A stretch of 60,033 bases of DNA from Thermoplasmata archaeon UBA184 (GCA_002495185.1 DAEB01000027.1:22373-82405); one strand, 5' to 3'; positions 20,049 to 29,999 are shown, numbered from the stretch's first letter. Notes: generated by a model from the letters alone, not told the origin. A program made the numbers and translations.

Positions 20049-21155
20049 ATGAAGACCAGCGCACCCGCCCCTTCTGGACGTCATCCCCGCGCGACGAGCG
20101 TGAAGGCTCCCGCCCGCGCCGCCCCGACCGAGGTCGGCGCCGTGGCTCCTCCCTCCCCGCCCGTGGCCGAGATCTGCCCCAACTGCGGCTCCTCCCACCT
20201 CATCCGTGACGAGATTCGAGGCGAGATCGTGTGCGCCGACTGCGGACTCGTGGTCGACCAGAGCGCGCTCGTCAGCGACCGCGGCCAGCGCGGCTCGAAG
20301 GAGGACACGGGCCGAGAGGCCCGAGGCTGGGGTCCGGTCATCTCACCGCTGATGCCGGACAAGGGCCTGTTCAGCGAGATCGGCGTTCCGACGCGAGACT
20401 TCCAGGGCAACTCCCTTTCGAGGAACACGTCGCTGAAGTTCTACCACCTCCGAAAGCTGAACCACCGCCTCCGAGCGGCGAGGACGCACCAGCGGAACCT
20501 CGTGGTCGCTCTCGGAGAACTGAACCGCCTCGCCGGAGTCCTCGGACTCTCGCGAGAGGTCAAGGAGTCGGCGACGTACATCTACCGCCGGGCGCTCGAG
20601 CACAAGGCGACCCGCGGAAAGAAGATCGTCGCGCTCGTCGCGGCGAGCGTCTACGCCGCCTGCCGACAGTGCCATGTCCCGAGGACGATGAAGGAGATCA
20701 TCGCCCACTCGAAGGCGACCAAGATCGAGGTCGGCCGCGCCTACACGCTGCTCGCGCGCGAGCTCAAGCTCGGGCTCAAGCCGGTCGAACCCCGCGACTA
20801 CTTGGTCCGGTTCACGCAGGACCTGAACCTCTCGAAGGAGGTCCGCCAGAAGGTCCTCTCCCTTCTCGAGCAGGTCGAGCAGGTCTACTCGACGAGCGGG
20901 GTGCTCCCGAACGGGATCCTCGCGACGATCATCTACATCGCCTCGAACCTGATGGGCGAGCCGCGCAGCCAGGACCGGATCGCTGCGGTCGCGAACGTGA
21001 CGCCCGTGACGATCCGGAACCACTACAAGGAGCTCCTCGAGCTCCTCGGGCTCCCGAAGAACCTGACCAACCCTCAGGCGCGCGGGAGCCTCCCCACCGA
21101 GGGAGCCGAGTCCGGCGAGAAGGTCGAGCTCGGGGCCCCGGCCGCGGGTCACTAG
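20049..21155 (+). CDS. tfb: Transcription initiation factor IIB (TFB) with an approx 40-aa N-terminal extension
   Basis: Zn ribbon CPNCGSSHLIRDEIRGEIVCADCGLVV, B-reader/linker, and two cyclin repeats (ATYIYRRALEHKATRGKKIVALVAASVYAACR..., ATIIYIASNL...IAAVANVTPVTIRNHYKEL). Confidence 0.92.
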   Translation: MKTSAPAPSGRHPRATSVKAPARAAPTEVGAVAPPSPPVAEICPNCGSSHLIRDEIRGEIVCADCGLVVDQSALVSDRGQRGSKEDTGREARGWGPVISPLMPDKGLFSEIGVPTRDFQGNSLSRNTSLKFYHLRKLNHRLRAARTHQRNLVVALGELNRLAGVLGLSREVKESATYIYRRALEHKATRGKKIVALVAASVYAACRQCHVPRTMKEIIAHSKATKIEVGRAYTLLARELKLGLKPVEPRDYLVRFTQDLNLSKEVRQKVLSLLEQVEQVYSTSGVLPNGILATIIYIASNLMGEPRSQDRIAAVANVTPVTIRNHYKELLELLGLPKNLTNPQARGSLPTEGAESGEKVELGAPAAGH

Positions 21156-21219
21156 AGGAATCCGGGTCCCGGTCGCTCCGCCCCGGAAACCACATGAACC
21201 CGCGGGAAGCTCTCGGTCC

Positions 21220-22428
21220 GTGGCGGCGCTTCCGGCCCTGAGCTACTCCTCCTTCCGCACGTACGAGGAGTGCCCGCTCCGCTGGCGGTTCCTCTACATC
21301 GATAAGCTACCCGAGGCTCCGCGGGGCTACTTCACGTTCGGCCGGGTGATCCACTCGGTCCTCGAGCAGCTCGTCGCCCCGCTCGTCGTCCCGACCGCGC
21401 GCCGCGCCGGGGAGTCCGACCGCCAGAGGACCCTCGACGAGTTCCACGCCCGGGGACGAGACGCCACCCCCCCGCGCTGGTTTTCCCCGGACGAGCTCCT
21501 CGAAGCGTACGCCCGCGAGTGGTCGGCGGAAGGGTACTCTTCGCCGGAGGAGGAGTCCCGGTACAAGGCGCTCGGACGCGAGCTCCTCCTTCGGTACTAC
21601 GACTTCCTGCTTCGGGAGCGCCCCGTCCCGGTCGCGGTCGAGGAACACCTCGAGACGCGATGGGACGGGATCCCCGTGCACGGCTACGTCGACCGGATCG
21701 ACCGGACGGCGTCGGGGGGCCTCGAGATCGTCGACTACAAGACGTCCCGCGAGCTCTCGAACGACGACGCCCGCGAATCCGACCAATTGAGCCTCTATCA
21801 GGTCCTGGTCGAGAAGAACTACGCCGAGCCGGTGCATGGACTCACCCTCTATCATCTCCGGTCGCTCACCCCTCTGCGGACCGAACCGCGGGACCGCGCG
21901 TCCCTCGTCGGGCTTCACGACCGGTTCGGGACCGTTCTCGATGGAATCCGCGCCGAAGCGTTCGAGCCCGCGCCGGGCCGGCATTGCATGCGGTGCGACT
22001 TCCGCGACCGATGCCCGGAGTTCCGTACCGTGCCGCCGGTCGAGGGAGCCCGGCTCCGTTCCCTCGTCGACCGGTTCGAGTCGCTTCGGGCCGAGGAAGG
22101 TCGTCTCGAGGTCGAGCTCCGACGCACGGCCGACGAGCTCCATCGGGCCGCGGAAGAGCTCGGGGTCCATCGGGTCCCCGGCACCCGCTCGACCCTCGTG
22201 CGCCGTCGGGAGGAGGCGTGGCAGTACTCGCTCGACCCGGTCCGACCCCTGCTCGATCGCTCCGGACTTTCGACGCGCGTGGGGACCGGAAGCACCGAGG
22301 AGGTCCGGCGGCTGGTGCGAGACCCGGACGTCGACCCCGAGGTTCGTCGGAAGGTGGCGGAGACGGGGGCGCGGCGCGTGAAGTGGTACTGGGAGCTCGA
22401 GGAAGCGTCCGGCGACCGTCCGTCGTAG
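21220..22428 (+). CDS. PD-(D/E)XK nuclease, Cas4/RecB-like with 4-Cys Fe-S signature, plus approx 130-aa helical C-terminal extension
   Basis: GTG start. Motifs: YEECPLRWRF (N-terminal Cys), FGRVIHSVLE, GYVDRID...EIVDYKT (D..ExK), QLSLYQ and CMRCDFRDRCPEF (CX2CX5C). No cas genes or array nearby. Confidence 0.75.
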   Translation: MAALPALSYSSFRTYEECPLRWRFLYIDKLPEAPRGYFTFGRVIHSVLEQLVAPLVVPTARRAGESDRQRTLDEFHARGRDATPPRWFSPDELLEAYAREWSAEGYSSPEEESRYKALGRELLLRYYDFLLRERPVPVAVEEHLETRWDGIPVHGYVDRIDRTASGGLEIVDYKTSRELSNDDARESDQLSLYQVLVEKNYAEPVHGLTLYHLRSLTPLRTEPRDRASLVGLHDRFGTVLDGIRAEAFEPAPGRHCMRCDFRDRCPEFRTVPPVEGARLRSLVDRFESLRAEEGRLEVELRRTADELHRAAEELGVHRVPGTRSTLVRRREEAWQYSLDPVRPLLDRSGLSTRVGTGSTEEVRRLVRDPDVDPEVRRKVAETGARRVKWYWELEEASGDRPS

Positions 22429-22472
22429 TCTGTCCGCGCAAAGGCTATGTTGGGTTCCCGGTACTCCCCCGT

Positions 22473-23540
22473 ATGGGGATTCCTCTCGCCTCCGAGTCCC
22501 GCCTCGCTTCCCTGAAGGGTCGGACGCCGACCATCGCTACCCTCTGCTCGCATTCGTCCCTCCAGATCTTCCACGGTGCCCGGGCGAGGGGATTTCCGAC
22601 GCTCGGGGTCTGCGTCGGTCCTCCGCCCCGGTTCTACGACGCGTTCCCGCTCGCGCGCCCCGACCGGTTCCTGTCCGTCCCCCGGGCGAAGGACCTCGTT
22701 TCGGTCGGGGACCAGCTCCGGGACGCGGGCGCGGTCCTCATCCCGACGGGCTCGTTCGTCGAGTACGTGGGAGCGGATGCGTTCGGTTCCCTCGACGTTC
22801 CGGTCTTCGGGAACCGCGCGGTCCTCGGTTGGGAGGCGGACCGCAAGAAGGAGCGGGAATGGCTCGACTCCGCCGGGGTTCCGATGCCGCGCCGGTACGA
22901 CGACCCTTCGGAGGTCGACGGCCCGGTGATCGTGAAGTACTACGGAGCGAAAGGCGGCAAGGGGTTCTATCTCGCCAAGAACCGGGCGGCCCTCGACGAG
23001 TTCACCCCGACCGGACCGTACGTCATCCAGGAGTACGTCCTCGGCACACGCTACTACATGCACTTCTTCTACTCGCCGCTCGCCGACCGCGGCTACCGCG
23101 TCGGCCACGGCTCTCTCGAGCTTCTCGGAATGGACCGCCGGGACGAGGCGAACATCGACGAACTCTACAAGCTGGGCGCGCAGGAAGAGCTCCTGCGGGC
23201 CGGGATCCGGCCCACGTTCGTCGTGACCGGAAACGTTCCGGTCGTGCTGCGGGAGTCGCTCCTCCCCGCAGCGTTCGACGTCGCGGCGCGGATCATCGAG
23301 CGGTCGATCGAGCTGTTCGGCGGGATGGTCGGTCCGTTCTGCGTCGAGGGGATCATGACCGAGGAGCTCGAGTTCAAGGTCTTCGAGATCTCGACCCGGA
23401 TCGTTGCCGGGACGAACCTGTTCATCTCGGGGAGCCCGTACTCCGACTTCGTCGAGCCGGGGCTCTCTACGGGCAAGAGGATCGCCCAAGAGATCGAGCG
23501 AGGGCAAGGCGAGGGCCGCCTGAACGAAGTCCTGAGCTGA
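22473..23540 (+). CDS. purP: 5-formaminoimidazole-4-carboxamide ribonucleotide (FAICAR) synthetase PurP
   Basis: IATLCSHSSLQIFHGARARGFPTLGV, IPTGSFVEYVG and GKGFYLAK, with an ATP-grasp C-terminal half. The first in-frame ATG after the nuclease stop is used. The upstream 318 codons of the ORF are shadow. Confidence 0.88.
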   Translation: MGIPLASESRLASLKGRTPTIATLCSHSSLQIFHGARARGFPTLGVCVGPPPRFYDAFPLARPDRFLSVPRAKDLVSVGDQLRDAGAVLIPTGSFVEYVGADAFGSLDVPVFGNRAVLGWEADRKKEREWLDSAGVPMPRRYDDPSEVDGPVIVKYYGAKGGKGFYLAKNRAALDEFTPTGPYVIQEYVLGTRYYMHFFYSPLADRGYRVGHGSLELLGMDRRDEANIDELYKLGAQEELLRAGIRPTFVVTGNVPVVLRESLLPAAFDVAARIIERSIELFGGMVGPFCVEGIMTEELEFKVFEISTRIVAGTNLFISGSPYSDFVEPGLSTGKRIAQEIERGQGEGRLNEVLS

Positions 23541-23663
23541 GCTTCTCCGGGCTGTCAGCGGCTCCGTGGTCGGGGGTCACTCGCCGGCGGCCATCGCCGC
23601 CGCGATGTGCGGCGCGACCAGCCCCAGGCCCGAGACCGGTTTCCGGGATTCGAAAAGGGCAGG

Positions 23664-23671
23664 TTTATAAT
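23664..23671 (+). promoter_or_regulatory. TATA box of the giant surface-protein gene
   Basis: TTTATAAT lies 26-33 nt upstream of the ATG at 23697, spacing consistent with a leaderless transcript. Confidence 0.5.
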
Positions 23672-23696
23672 TCGGACCCCCCTGACACGGCGTAAC

Positions 23697-26600
23697 ATGC
23701 CTGCTCCCGGGCCGGTGCGGACGTCCGAGCGGAGCCCGCGGACAGGTTTGTCCTCGTTCTGGTCCTGGAGGCCACCCCACCGTCGTGGTCTCCTCATCGC
23801 ACTTGTCGCGGCGGTCGTGCTCTCGACCCTGCTCACCTCGTTCTCGGTGCCACTGCTCCCATCCACGACAGGCCATTCCATGGTTCCCGCCACCGCCGCG
23901 ACCGCACCCCCGGTCCGGGGCGCCCCTCATCCTGTCTTGGGAACTCGAGCTTCCGCTGGAGCGGTCCTGCAGTACCGCTCCGAGACTCCATCTTCGACAC
24001 GGGGTGCTCCCGGCGTCGGAGTGTCGCCGATCCCGGCGACCCTCGGCGGGTCGGAGCTTTCCGAAGCCCAGGCGTCGCTCGAACAGGGGGGCGGTCCGGC
24101 GCGGGGCCTTCCCCTCTCCTGTGTGAGCGACGCAAGCACGGTGTCGGCGTCTTGCTCGCGCGCTACCCGGGACGTGGCCCCCCTCTCGCCCAGCCCACCG
24201 GAGACACCGAACCCCGGGATGAACCTCGGATGGCAAGTGCAGGGCTCCCCCAGCCAACGGGCGTACGCCACCGAAATGGTGACCTGGGACGGGGCGGACG
24301 GCTATGTGTTGCTGTTCGGCGGCTCGAATTACACGGGAGTCTACGAGGGGGACACCTGGACGTTCTCGCAGGGCGCCTGGACCGAACTGACTCCACCGGT
24401 GGCTCCGGTCGGCAGGGACTCGGCCGCACTCGTGTTCGACCCCACCGACAACTACGTCGTCCTGTTCGGAGGATACACGCCCCAGACAGGCGGTCAGTTG
24501 AACGACACGTGGACCTTCCGGGCCGGCGCCTGGCAGCTCGACTCCTACGCGTCCGCTCACGGTCCGAGCCCCCGATGGGGGTTCACGATGACCTTTGACG
24601 CCGCTACGGACTACGTGCTGTTGTTTGGCGGTGGGTCAGGACAGTGTCTCTCCGGCGGTTGGCACGACTGCAACGACACGTGGAGATTCGTCTACGGCGA
24701 CTGGACCCGCCTCAGCTCCGCGCTGCCCGCTCCCCCGGCGCGAGAACAGGCGGCGATGACGTACGATGCTCGGGACGGCTATCCGATTCTGTTCGGCGGG
24801 GCGGGACCGTACTGCATCGTGAGTTCGGGAAATCTCTGCCAGGACACGTGGAAGTGGAATGCCTCCGGGTACCTCAGCAACGGTAACTGGACTCAGGTCA
24901 AGTCGGGGGGGGTCCTCTGCGGCACCCAGGCAGAGGGAAAGTGCGCTCCCTCGGTGGCTCCCGGCGAGCGCCGTCAGATTCAGTTGGCGTTCGATGTGGC
25001 CGACAACGAGGTCATCCTGTTTGGCGGTTACAACTCGAGCGTCGACGGTATGGGCGACACGTGGTCGTACGTCAGCGGCGTCTGGACGAAGCTCTCCCCC
25101 GCAGGAAACACCCCGTGGGGTCGGTGGGGCGGAGGGCTCGCCTATGACGGGACCGACGGCTACCTCATGCTTTGGGGTGGCGGGGAGATCTACTACACTC
25201 CCGTCGATATGGTCTGGAAGTTCTCTGCGGGGAACTGGACCGAGGTCACTCCCGGAACCGGGCCCCCCGAGGAGGCCGGCGGGAACATGGCCTGGGACCC
25301 CGCGGACGGCTACGTGGTCTACTTTGGCGGGTACAACGTCCACACGAGCGGGTACCTTCAGGAGACCTGGACGTACATCCATGGCGTCTGGAGCCAGCTC
25401 CCCATCCCCGGGCCGTCCCAGCCGGTCGCACGAGAGTATGGGAGCATGGTGTGGGACGCCACGGACGGCTACCTCGTGCTGTTCGGTGGCCTCGGTCCGA
25501 CCGGACTCCTCAACGACACTTGGGCCTTCGTTCACGGGACTTGGACCGAAGAGTGCTCCGGCGGCGGCACCCTCTGCGGGGGGCTGTGGTCCCCCTCGCC
25601 CCGGTGGGCCGCCGGGATTGCGTACAACCCAAACGACGGATACGTCGAGATGTTCGGTGGCGAGTACTTCTTCCCGAGCCGCTACCTCAACGACACGTGG
25701 TTGTGGTTCGCGGGAGCCTGGTACAATGAGACTCTACCGACCCACGCTCCTTCCGAACGGGCGCACATGGGCATGGTCTGGGATGCGGTCGACAACGAGA
25801 TCGTGCTGTTCGGCGGAGGGAACTTCTCGGGAGCCCACAACGACACCTGGGTGCTTCAGAGCTACACCGCCGGTTGGTCTCAGCTCGGGAGCTGCGGAGG
25901 GTACGGCCAAGCCGGTTGTTACGCCGGGGTACCGAGCGCTCGTTCGGGAATGATCTACTTCTACGACTCCGTCGACCAGGTGGTCGTTGTCTCCTCGGGG
26001 ATATCGGGGGTCTTCTCGGGGAGCTACCAGGCCTACACCTACGTGTTTCGCGGTGGCACGTGGACGGGTTGTCCGTCGCTGTTCTGTTTGTCCGGCTTCG
26101 CGGGGTGGAGCACCTATGCAACCGATGGCGCCTCGACCTTCGACCCGGTGGATGGCTACGGTGTTGCTCGGTCCGGCTACGTCCCTTTCGGCCAGTACGG
26201 TGGTAGCAGCTACCTGAGAGACACGTGGGTCTTCGGTCCCCTCATCAGCGCGCCCGCGCCCCTCGAGACTCCCTATCTTTCCGACGCTGGCCAGCCCGAG
26301 AACCTCGCGGCATCGGCGACGGGCGGCGGGTTCGGCACCCTGAACTACGAGTGGAACGGACTCCCCGCGACGGGCTGTTCCCGAACGACCTCCACCGGCT
26401 CGGCCCTGACGTGCACTTCCACGCCGGGCGGCTACACCGAGTTCGCCGGCGCCCCCGTGTACGGGTGGTACTACGCCCTGGACAACGTGATCACGGATTC
26501 GAACGGCTTCCCGGGTATCACTACCTACACCTCGCAGTTCAGCGTGGCCCTGGACCCCGTCGTCTTCGTCAACTCCTCCGCGTCGGAAGCCGATGTGGGC

Positions 26601-28172
26601 CAGTCCGTGTACTTTGGAATGCTCGCGAACCAGGGGTGGGGTCCGCTCGCGATCTCCTGGAACGACCTGCCCCCGGGATGCGCGCTGGTCGCATCGACCG
26701 GGAACACCGAGCTCGAGAAGTGCACCCTACATGCGAATTCCATCGGCGCGTGGCAACCCGCGGCCATGGTCGTCGACGCAACCGGCTTCGTCGTCGATTC
26801 TTCCCCGCTCGCGCTGACGGTGTATCCCGCGGCCTCGGCGGGCGGGATCGGCGTCAACCGGGTCGCGCTCGACGCGGGCCAAACCTTCTCCGCGGACATT
26901 AGCCCTTCCGGCGGGTCGGGCTCGTACTCCTTCGCGTGGACCGGCGTACCGGCCGCGTGCCTTTCGGACTCGGCGGTTCTCTCGTGCACGGTTCCCGCCA
27001 ACGAGGCCGGGAGCTACACCCCTTCGGTCACGGTGCGGGATTCCTTGGGAGAGACGTTCTCGGAGCAGTACGCCGGAGTGGTGGTGGTCTCTCCCGCTCC
27101 GGCCGTGACGGGCCTCACTGCGGACAACTCCAGCGGCGACCCCGTTTCCGCAGCGGATGTCGGACAGACCGTGACCTTCCGTCTGGCGATGACGCCCGGT
27201 TCCGGTGGCGACACCATCGGATGGAACGGGCTTCCGACGGGGTGCTCCGCATCGGGAACTCAAGCGTCGTCGGTCGTCTGTCTCCCGACGGCGAGCGGGG
27301 TGTTCGCGGTGTCGGCGACCGTCAACGACTCGAACGGAGTGACTCTGGTCGGGCCGACGTTCACCTTGACCGTATCGCCAGCGCTCAGCGGCAGCGTCTC
27401 TGCGACCGCGACCCAGCTGGATGTCGGCCAATCGGAATTCCTGGCGTCCAGCGTGTCCGGCGGTTCGGGCGGGCTCCGATTCCTCTGGAGGGGGTTGCCG
27501 GCGGGATGCACCGCCGCGGGTTCTGCCACGGTCAGCTGTTCGCCGACGGCCGCCGGTTCCAGCACTCCCTCGGTGACAGTATGGGACAGCAACGACGGGA
27601 GTGTTCAGCTCACCCTGTCGTCCGCCGTCACCGTCTCTCCCAGCCCGACCGCGACGAAGCTCTCGGTGTCGACGGCCTCGGGAACCCCGACCGGGTCGGT
27701 CGTGAGCGGCACGTCCGTGACGTTCTCCTTCACCCTGACGCCGGGGGCGGGCGGCGACACGGTCGTCTGGTCCGGCCTCCCCGGGAACTGCTCCCCTGCG
27801 AGTTCGAACGCGACCTCCGTTGCCTGCGCGCCGACGGGCGCCGGAACGTACTGGGTGTCCGCGACCGTCACCGACGCGAACGGAGGCACGACGACCACGG
27901 CCACGGTGGCGGTGACGGTGACGGAGCCGCCCGCGTCGACGCCGTTTGCCTCCTCGTTCCAGTGGCTCGAGCTCGGTCTGATCGTCGTATTCCTCGTGAT
28001 CGCAGGGCTCGGGGTGCTCCTCCTCGCCCGCCGTCTACCGGTGGCGGCTCGTCGGTTCCCGTCCGAGACCTCGTCCCCGCCACCGAGCGTGGTCGGGGAG
28101 CCCCCGGGGACACCCGCGCCCTCGTCGACCAGCTCCTGGGACGAATCTCACGAACCCCCGACGCAGTCGTAG
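23697..28172 (+). CDS. Giant cell-surface protein: N-terminal signal/anchor, approx 12 Kelch-type blades, 6 Ig/PKD-like repeats, C-terminal TM anchor
   Basis: 1491 aa. N-terminal hydrophobic RRGLLIALVAAVVLSTLL. Repeated DGYxxLFGG...NDTWxF units. Six repeats of about 90 aa with DVGQ...W.GLP.GC...C...G.Y...TV.DS.G. TM LELGLIVVFLVIAGLGVLLLA followed by a Pro/Ser tail. Many N-x-S/T sequons. Confidence 0.8.
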   Translation: MPAPGPVRTSERSPRTGLSSFWSWRPPHRRGLLIALVAAVVLSTLLTSFSVPLLPSTTGHSMVPATAATAPPVRGAPHPVLGTRASAGAVLQYRSETPSSTRGAPGVGVSPIPATLGGSELSEAQASLEQGGGPARGLPLSCVSDASTVSASCSRATRDVAPLSPSPPETPNPGMNLGWQVQGSPSQRAYATEMVTWDGADGYVLLFGGSNYTGVYEGDTWTFSQGAWTELTPPVAPVGRDSAALVFDPTDNYVVLFGGYTPQTGGQLNDTWTFRAGAWQLDSYASAHGPSPRWGFTMTFDAATDYVLLFGGGSGQCLSGGWHDCNDTWRFVYGDWTRLSSALPAPPAREQAAMTYDARDGYPILFGGAGPYCIVSSGNLCQDTWKWNASGYLSNGNWTQVKSGGVLCGTQAEGKCAPSVAPGERRQIQLAFDVADNEVILFGGYNSSVDGMGDTWSYVSGVWTKLSPAGNTPWGRWGGGLAYDGTDGYLMLWGGGEIYYTPVDMVWKFSAGNWTEVTPGTGPPEEAGGNMAWDPADGYVVYFGGYNVHTSGYLQETWTYIHGVWSQLPIPGPSQPVAREYGSMVWDATDGYLVLFGGLGPTGLLNDTWAFVHGTWTEECSGGGTLCGGLWSPSPRWAAGIAYNPNDGYVEMFGGEYFFPSRYLNDTWLWFAGAWYNETLPTHAPSERAHMGMVWDAVDNEIVLFGGGNFSGAHNDTWVLQSYTAGWSQLGSCGGYGQAGCYAGVPSARSGMIYFYDSVDQVVVVSSGISGVFSGSYQAYTYVFRGGTWTGCPSLFCLSGFAGWSTYATDGASTFDPVDGYGVARSGYVPFGQYGGSSYLRDTWVFGPLISAPAPLETPYLSDAGQPENLAASATGGGFGTLNYEWNGLPATGCSRTTSTGSALTCTSTPGGYTEFAGAPVYGWYYALDNVITDSNGFPGITTYTSQFSVALDPVVFVNSSASEADVGQSVYFGMLANQGWGPLAISWNDLPPGCALVASTGNTELEKCTLHANSIGAWQPAAMVVDATGFVVDSSPLALTVYPAASAGGIGVNRVALDAGQTFSADISPSGGSGSYSFAWTGVPAACLSDSAVLSCTVPANEAGSYTPSVTVRDSLGETFSEQYAGVVVVSPAPAVTGLTADNSSGDPVSAADVGQTVTFRLAMTPGSGGDTIGWNGLPTGCSASGTQASSVVCLPTASGVFAVSATVNDSNGVTLVGPTFTLTVSPALSGSVSATATQLDVGQSEFLASSVSGGSGGLRFLWRGLPAGCTAAGSATVSCSPTAAGSSTPSVTVWDSNDGSVQLTLSSAVTVSPSPTATKLSVSTASGTPTGSVVSGTSVTFSFTLTPGAGGDTVVWSGLPGNCSPASSNATSVACAPTGAGTYWVSATVTDANGGTTTTATVAVTVTEPPASTPFASSFQWLELGLIVVFLVIAGLGVLLLARRLPVAARRFPSETSSPPPSVVGEPPGTPAPSSTSSWDESHEPPTQS
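24219..26240 (+). repeat. Kelch-like beta-propeller repeat region (about 12 blades, likely two propellers), protein-level repeats
   Basis: Twelve occurrences of the D(G/N)Y..LFGG-type strand were counted: DGYVLLFGG, DNYVVLFGG, TDYVLLFGG, DGYPILFGG, DNEVILFGG, DGYLMLWGG, DGYVVYFGG, DGYLVLFGG, DGYVEMFGG, DNEIVLFGG and two degenerate copies. Each is followed by a (N)DTW.(F/W) strand. Confidence 0.7.
26241..27932 (+). repeat. Six tandem Ig/PKD-like repeats with a conserved Cys pair, protein-level repeats
   Basis: Repeat signatures: YEWNGLPATGC..LTC, ISWNDLPPGC..EKC, FAWTGVPAAC..LSC, IGWNGLPTGC..VVC, FLWRGLPAGC..VSC, VVWSGLPGNC..VAC. Confidence 0.65.
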
Positions 28173-28293
28173 ACCGCCCCCGCACTCTCGACAGCTCGCG
28201 ACTTTCGTGGAGGGGTCGGACCGGTCACTTCCTCGGCAGGTCCCCCCGGCAAGCCGCACGGTTAAGAGCGGGTCCGCCAGTCGGGCGCGTCCC

Positions 28294-29256
28294 ATGTCGT
28301 CCGCCATCGTCGCCGACCACCTCGGGAAGACGTACCCAAAATCCCGACCCGGCAAGTACGCGCTCGACGACCTCTCGCTCGAGATCCCGACCGGCCGGAT
28401 CTATGGGTTGATCGGTCGAAACGGAGCGGGCAAGACGACGTTCGTCCGGATCGCCGCGACCCAGCTCGCCCCGACCCAGGGCACGGTCTACGTTCTCGGC
28501 TACGACGTGCGCAACGAGGAGCGCCAGATCCGAACCCGGATCGCCTGCGTGCCTCAGGAGTCGCGCCCCCTCTACTTCCTCAACTCGGAGGAAGTGATCT
28601 ACCTCTACCTCAAGCTCCGAGGTCTCGACCCTCGAGACGCCCACCGCCGGACGATGGACGCCATGGAGGAGCTCTCGCTCCTCGACATCCGAAAGACGCT
28701 CGTGTCCCGATTGTCGGGAGGGCTCCGCCGCCGGCTCCTCTGTGCGATGGTCCTCGCCTCTGACGCCGATGTGATGTTCCTGGACGAGCCGACCACCGGC
28801 CTCGACCCTCTCGCCCGTCGCGAGGTCTGGCAGGCGATCCGGCGCGCCAGCCGGGAGAACCGAACGATCGTCTTGACGACCCATTACCTCGACGAGGCGG
28901 AGGCGCTCTCGGCCCGCCTCGCGCTCATCGAATCGGGTCGCCTCCGCCTCGAAGGCGCGCCCGCAGACCTTCGCAACCGCGTCCAGTACCCCTTCCGGGT
29001 GACGATCCAGGGTTCGTACCCCCGGGACGAGCTCGCGACGTACGGCAAGGTCTCCGAGATCGAAGGCGGGTGGCTCCTGTTCACCCGCGAGCAGGAGGCG
29101 GATGAGGTCGCGAAGCGCGCCTTGGAGCGAGGGCTCCGGATCTCCATGGGTCCCGTGAGCCTCGAGGACATCTTCCTCGACGTCGTCGGCCGGTCGATCG
29201 ACGAGGAGACCGAAGCGGAGGAGCCGGAGAACGGCGCTCCGGGGGCGAAGGCATGA
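28294..29256 (+). CDS. ABC transporter ATP-binding protein (ABC-2/DrrA-like exporter type)
   Basis: Walker A GRNGAGKTT, signature LSGGLRRRL and Walker B VMFLDEPTTGLD. TATA-like GGTTAAGA is about 28 nt upstream of the ATG at 28294. Confidence 0.88.
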   Translation: MSSAIVADHLGKTYPKSRPGKYALDDLSLEIPTGRIYGLIGRNGAGKTTFVRIAATQLAPTQGTVYVLGYDVRNEERQIRTRIACVPQESRPLYFLNSEEVIYLYLKLRGLDPRDAHRRTMDAMEELSLLDIRKTLVSRLSGGLRRRLLCAMVLASDADVMFLDEPTTGLDPLARREVWQAIRRASRENRTIVLTTHYLDEAEALSARLALIESGRLRLEGAPADLRNRVQYPFRVTIQGSYPRDELATYGKVSEIEGGWLLFTREQEADEVAKRALERGLRISMGPVSLEDIFLDVVGRSIDEETEAEEPENGAPGAKA

Positions 29257-29999
29257 GCGAGCGCAACCGCCTTCGTTCCGTCCTCACGCTCGTCCAGCTC
29301 AACGGACTGATCCCGATCCGCACGACACCGCTCTACATCCTGAACACGCTCGCCTCTCCGCTGTCGTTCCTCTTCTTCATCTTCATCGTTTCCCGGGGAA
29401 GCTACCTCCTCTACGGGATCACGGGCGGGATGGTCCTGACCACGATGACGGTCGGGACGAGCCTCCAGTCCGACCTGACGCACTACCGCCACGACCTGAA
29501 GTTCCAGGACGTCGTCGTCGCGTCGCCCGTCGAAGCTCCCACGTACGTGATCGGGATGGCGCTGAGCGAGCTCGTCTACTCGCTGCCGTCCCTCGCCGTG
29601 TTCATCGCGCTCTTCCTCCTCTGGGGCCATCCCACGGCGCTGAACCTCGCCGTCCTCGGAGGGGTCTGCGTCCTCGTCTGGGCGTTCGCGAGCGCGCTGG
29701 CGTTCACGCTCGCGACGTACTTCCAGGACGTCCGCGAGACGTTCCTCTTCAGTCCGATGATCTCGCTCGTCCTGACCGTCCTTCCTCCCGTCTACTACCC
29801 GATCGCCGCCCTGCCGGCGTGGGCCCAGCTCGCCGCGCGGATCTCCCCGACGACGTACGCCGCCGAGCTCGTGCAGGGCGTCTGCGGCCTCGGGCCGCTC
29901 ACGCTCACCTCCGCCGCGATCGACTGGGCCGTGCTGCTCGGGTTCACCGCCGCGCTCTTCGTCCTCGCGGCTCTGAAAGCGCGCTGGAGAGAGCCCTGA
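29253..29999 (+). CDS. ABC-2 type transporter permease
   Basis: 248 aa with about 6 TM helices. ATGA overlap with the ATPase gene. Confidence 0.8.
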   Translation: MSERNRLRSVLTLVQLNGLIPIRTTPLYILNTLASPLSFLFFIFIVSRGSYLLYGITGGMVLTTMTVGTSLQSDLTHYRHDLKFQDVVVASPVEAPTYVIGMALSELVYSLPSLAVFIALFLLWGHPTALNLAVLGGVCVLVWAFASALAFTLATYFQDVRETFLFSPMISLVLTVLPPVYYPIAALPAWAQLAARISPTTYAAELVQGVCGLGPLTLTSAAIDWAVLLGFTAALFVLAALKARWREP

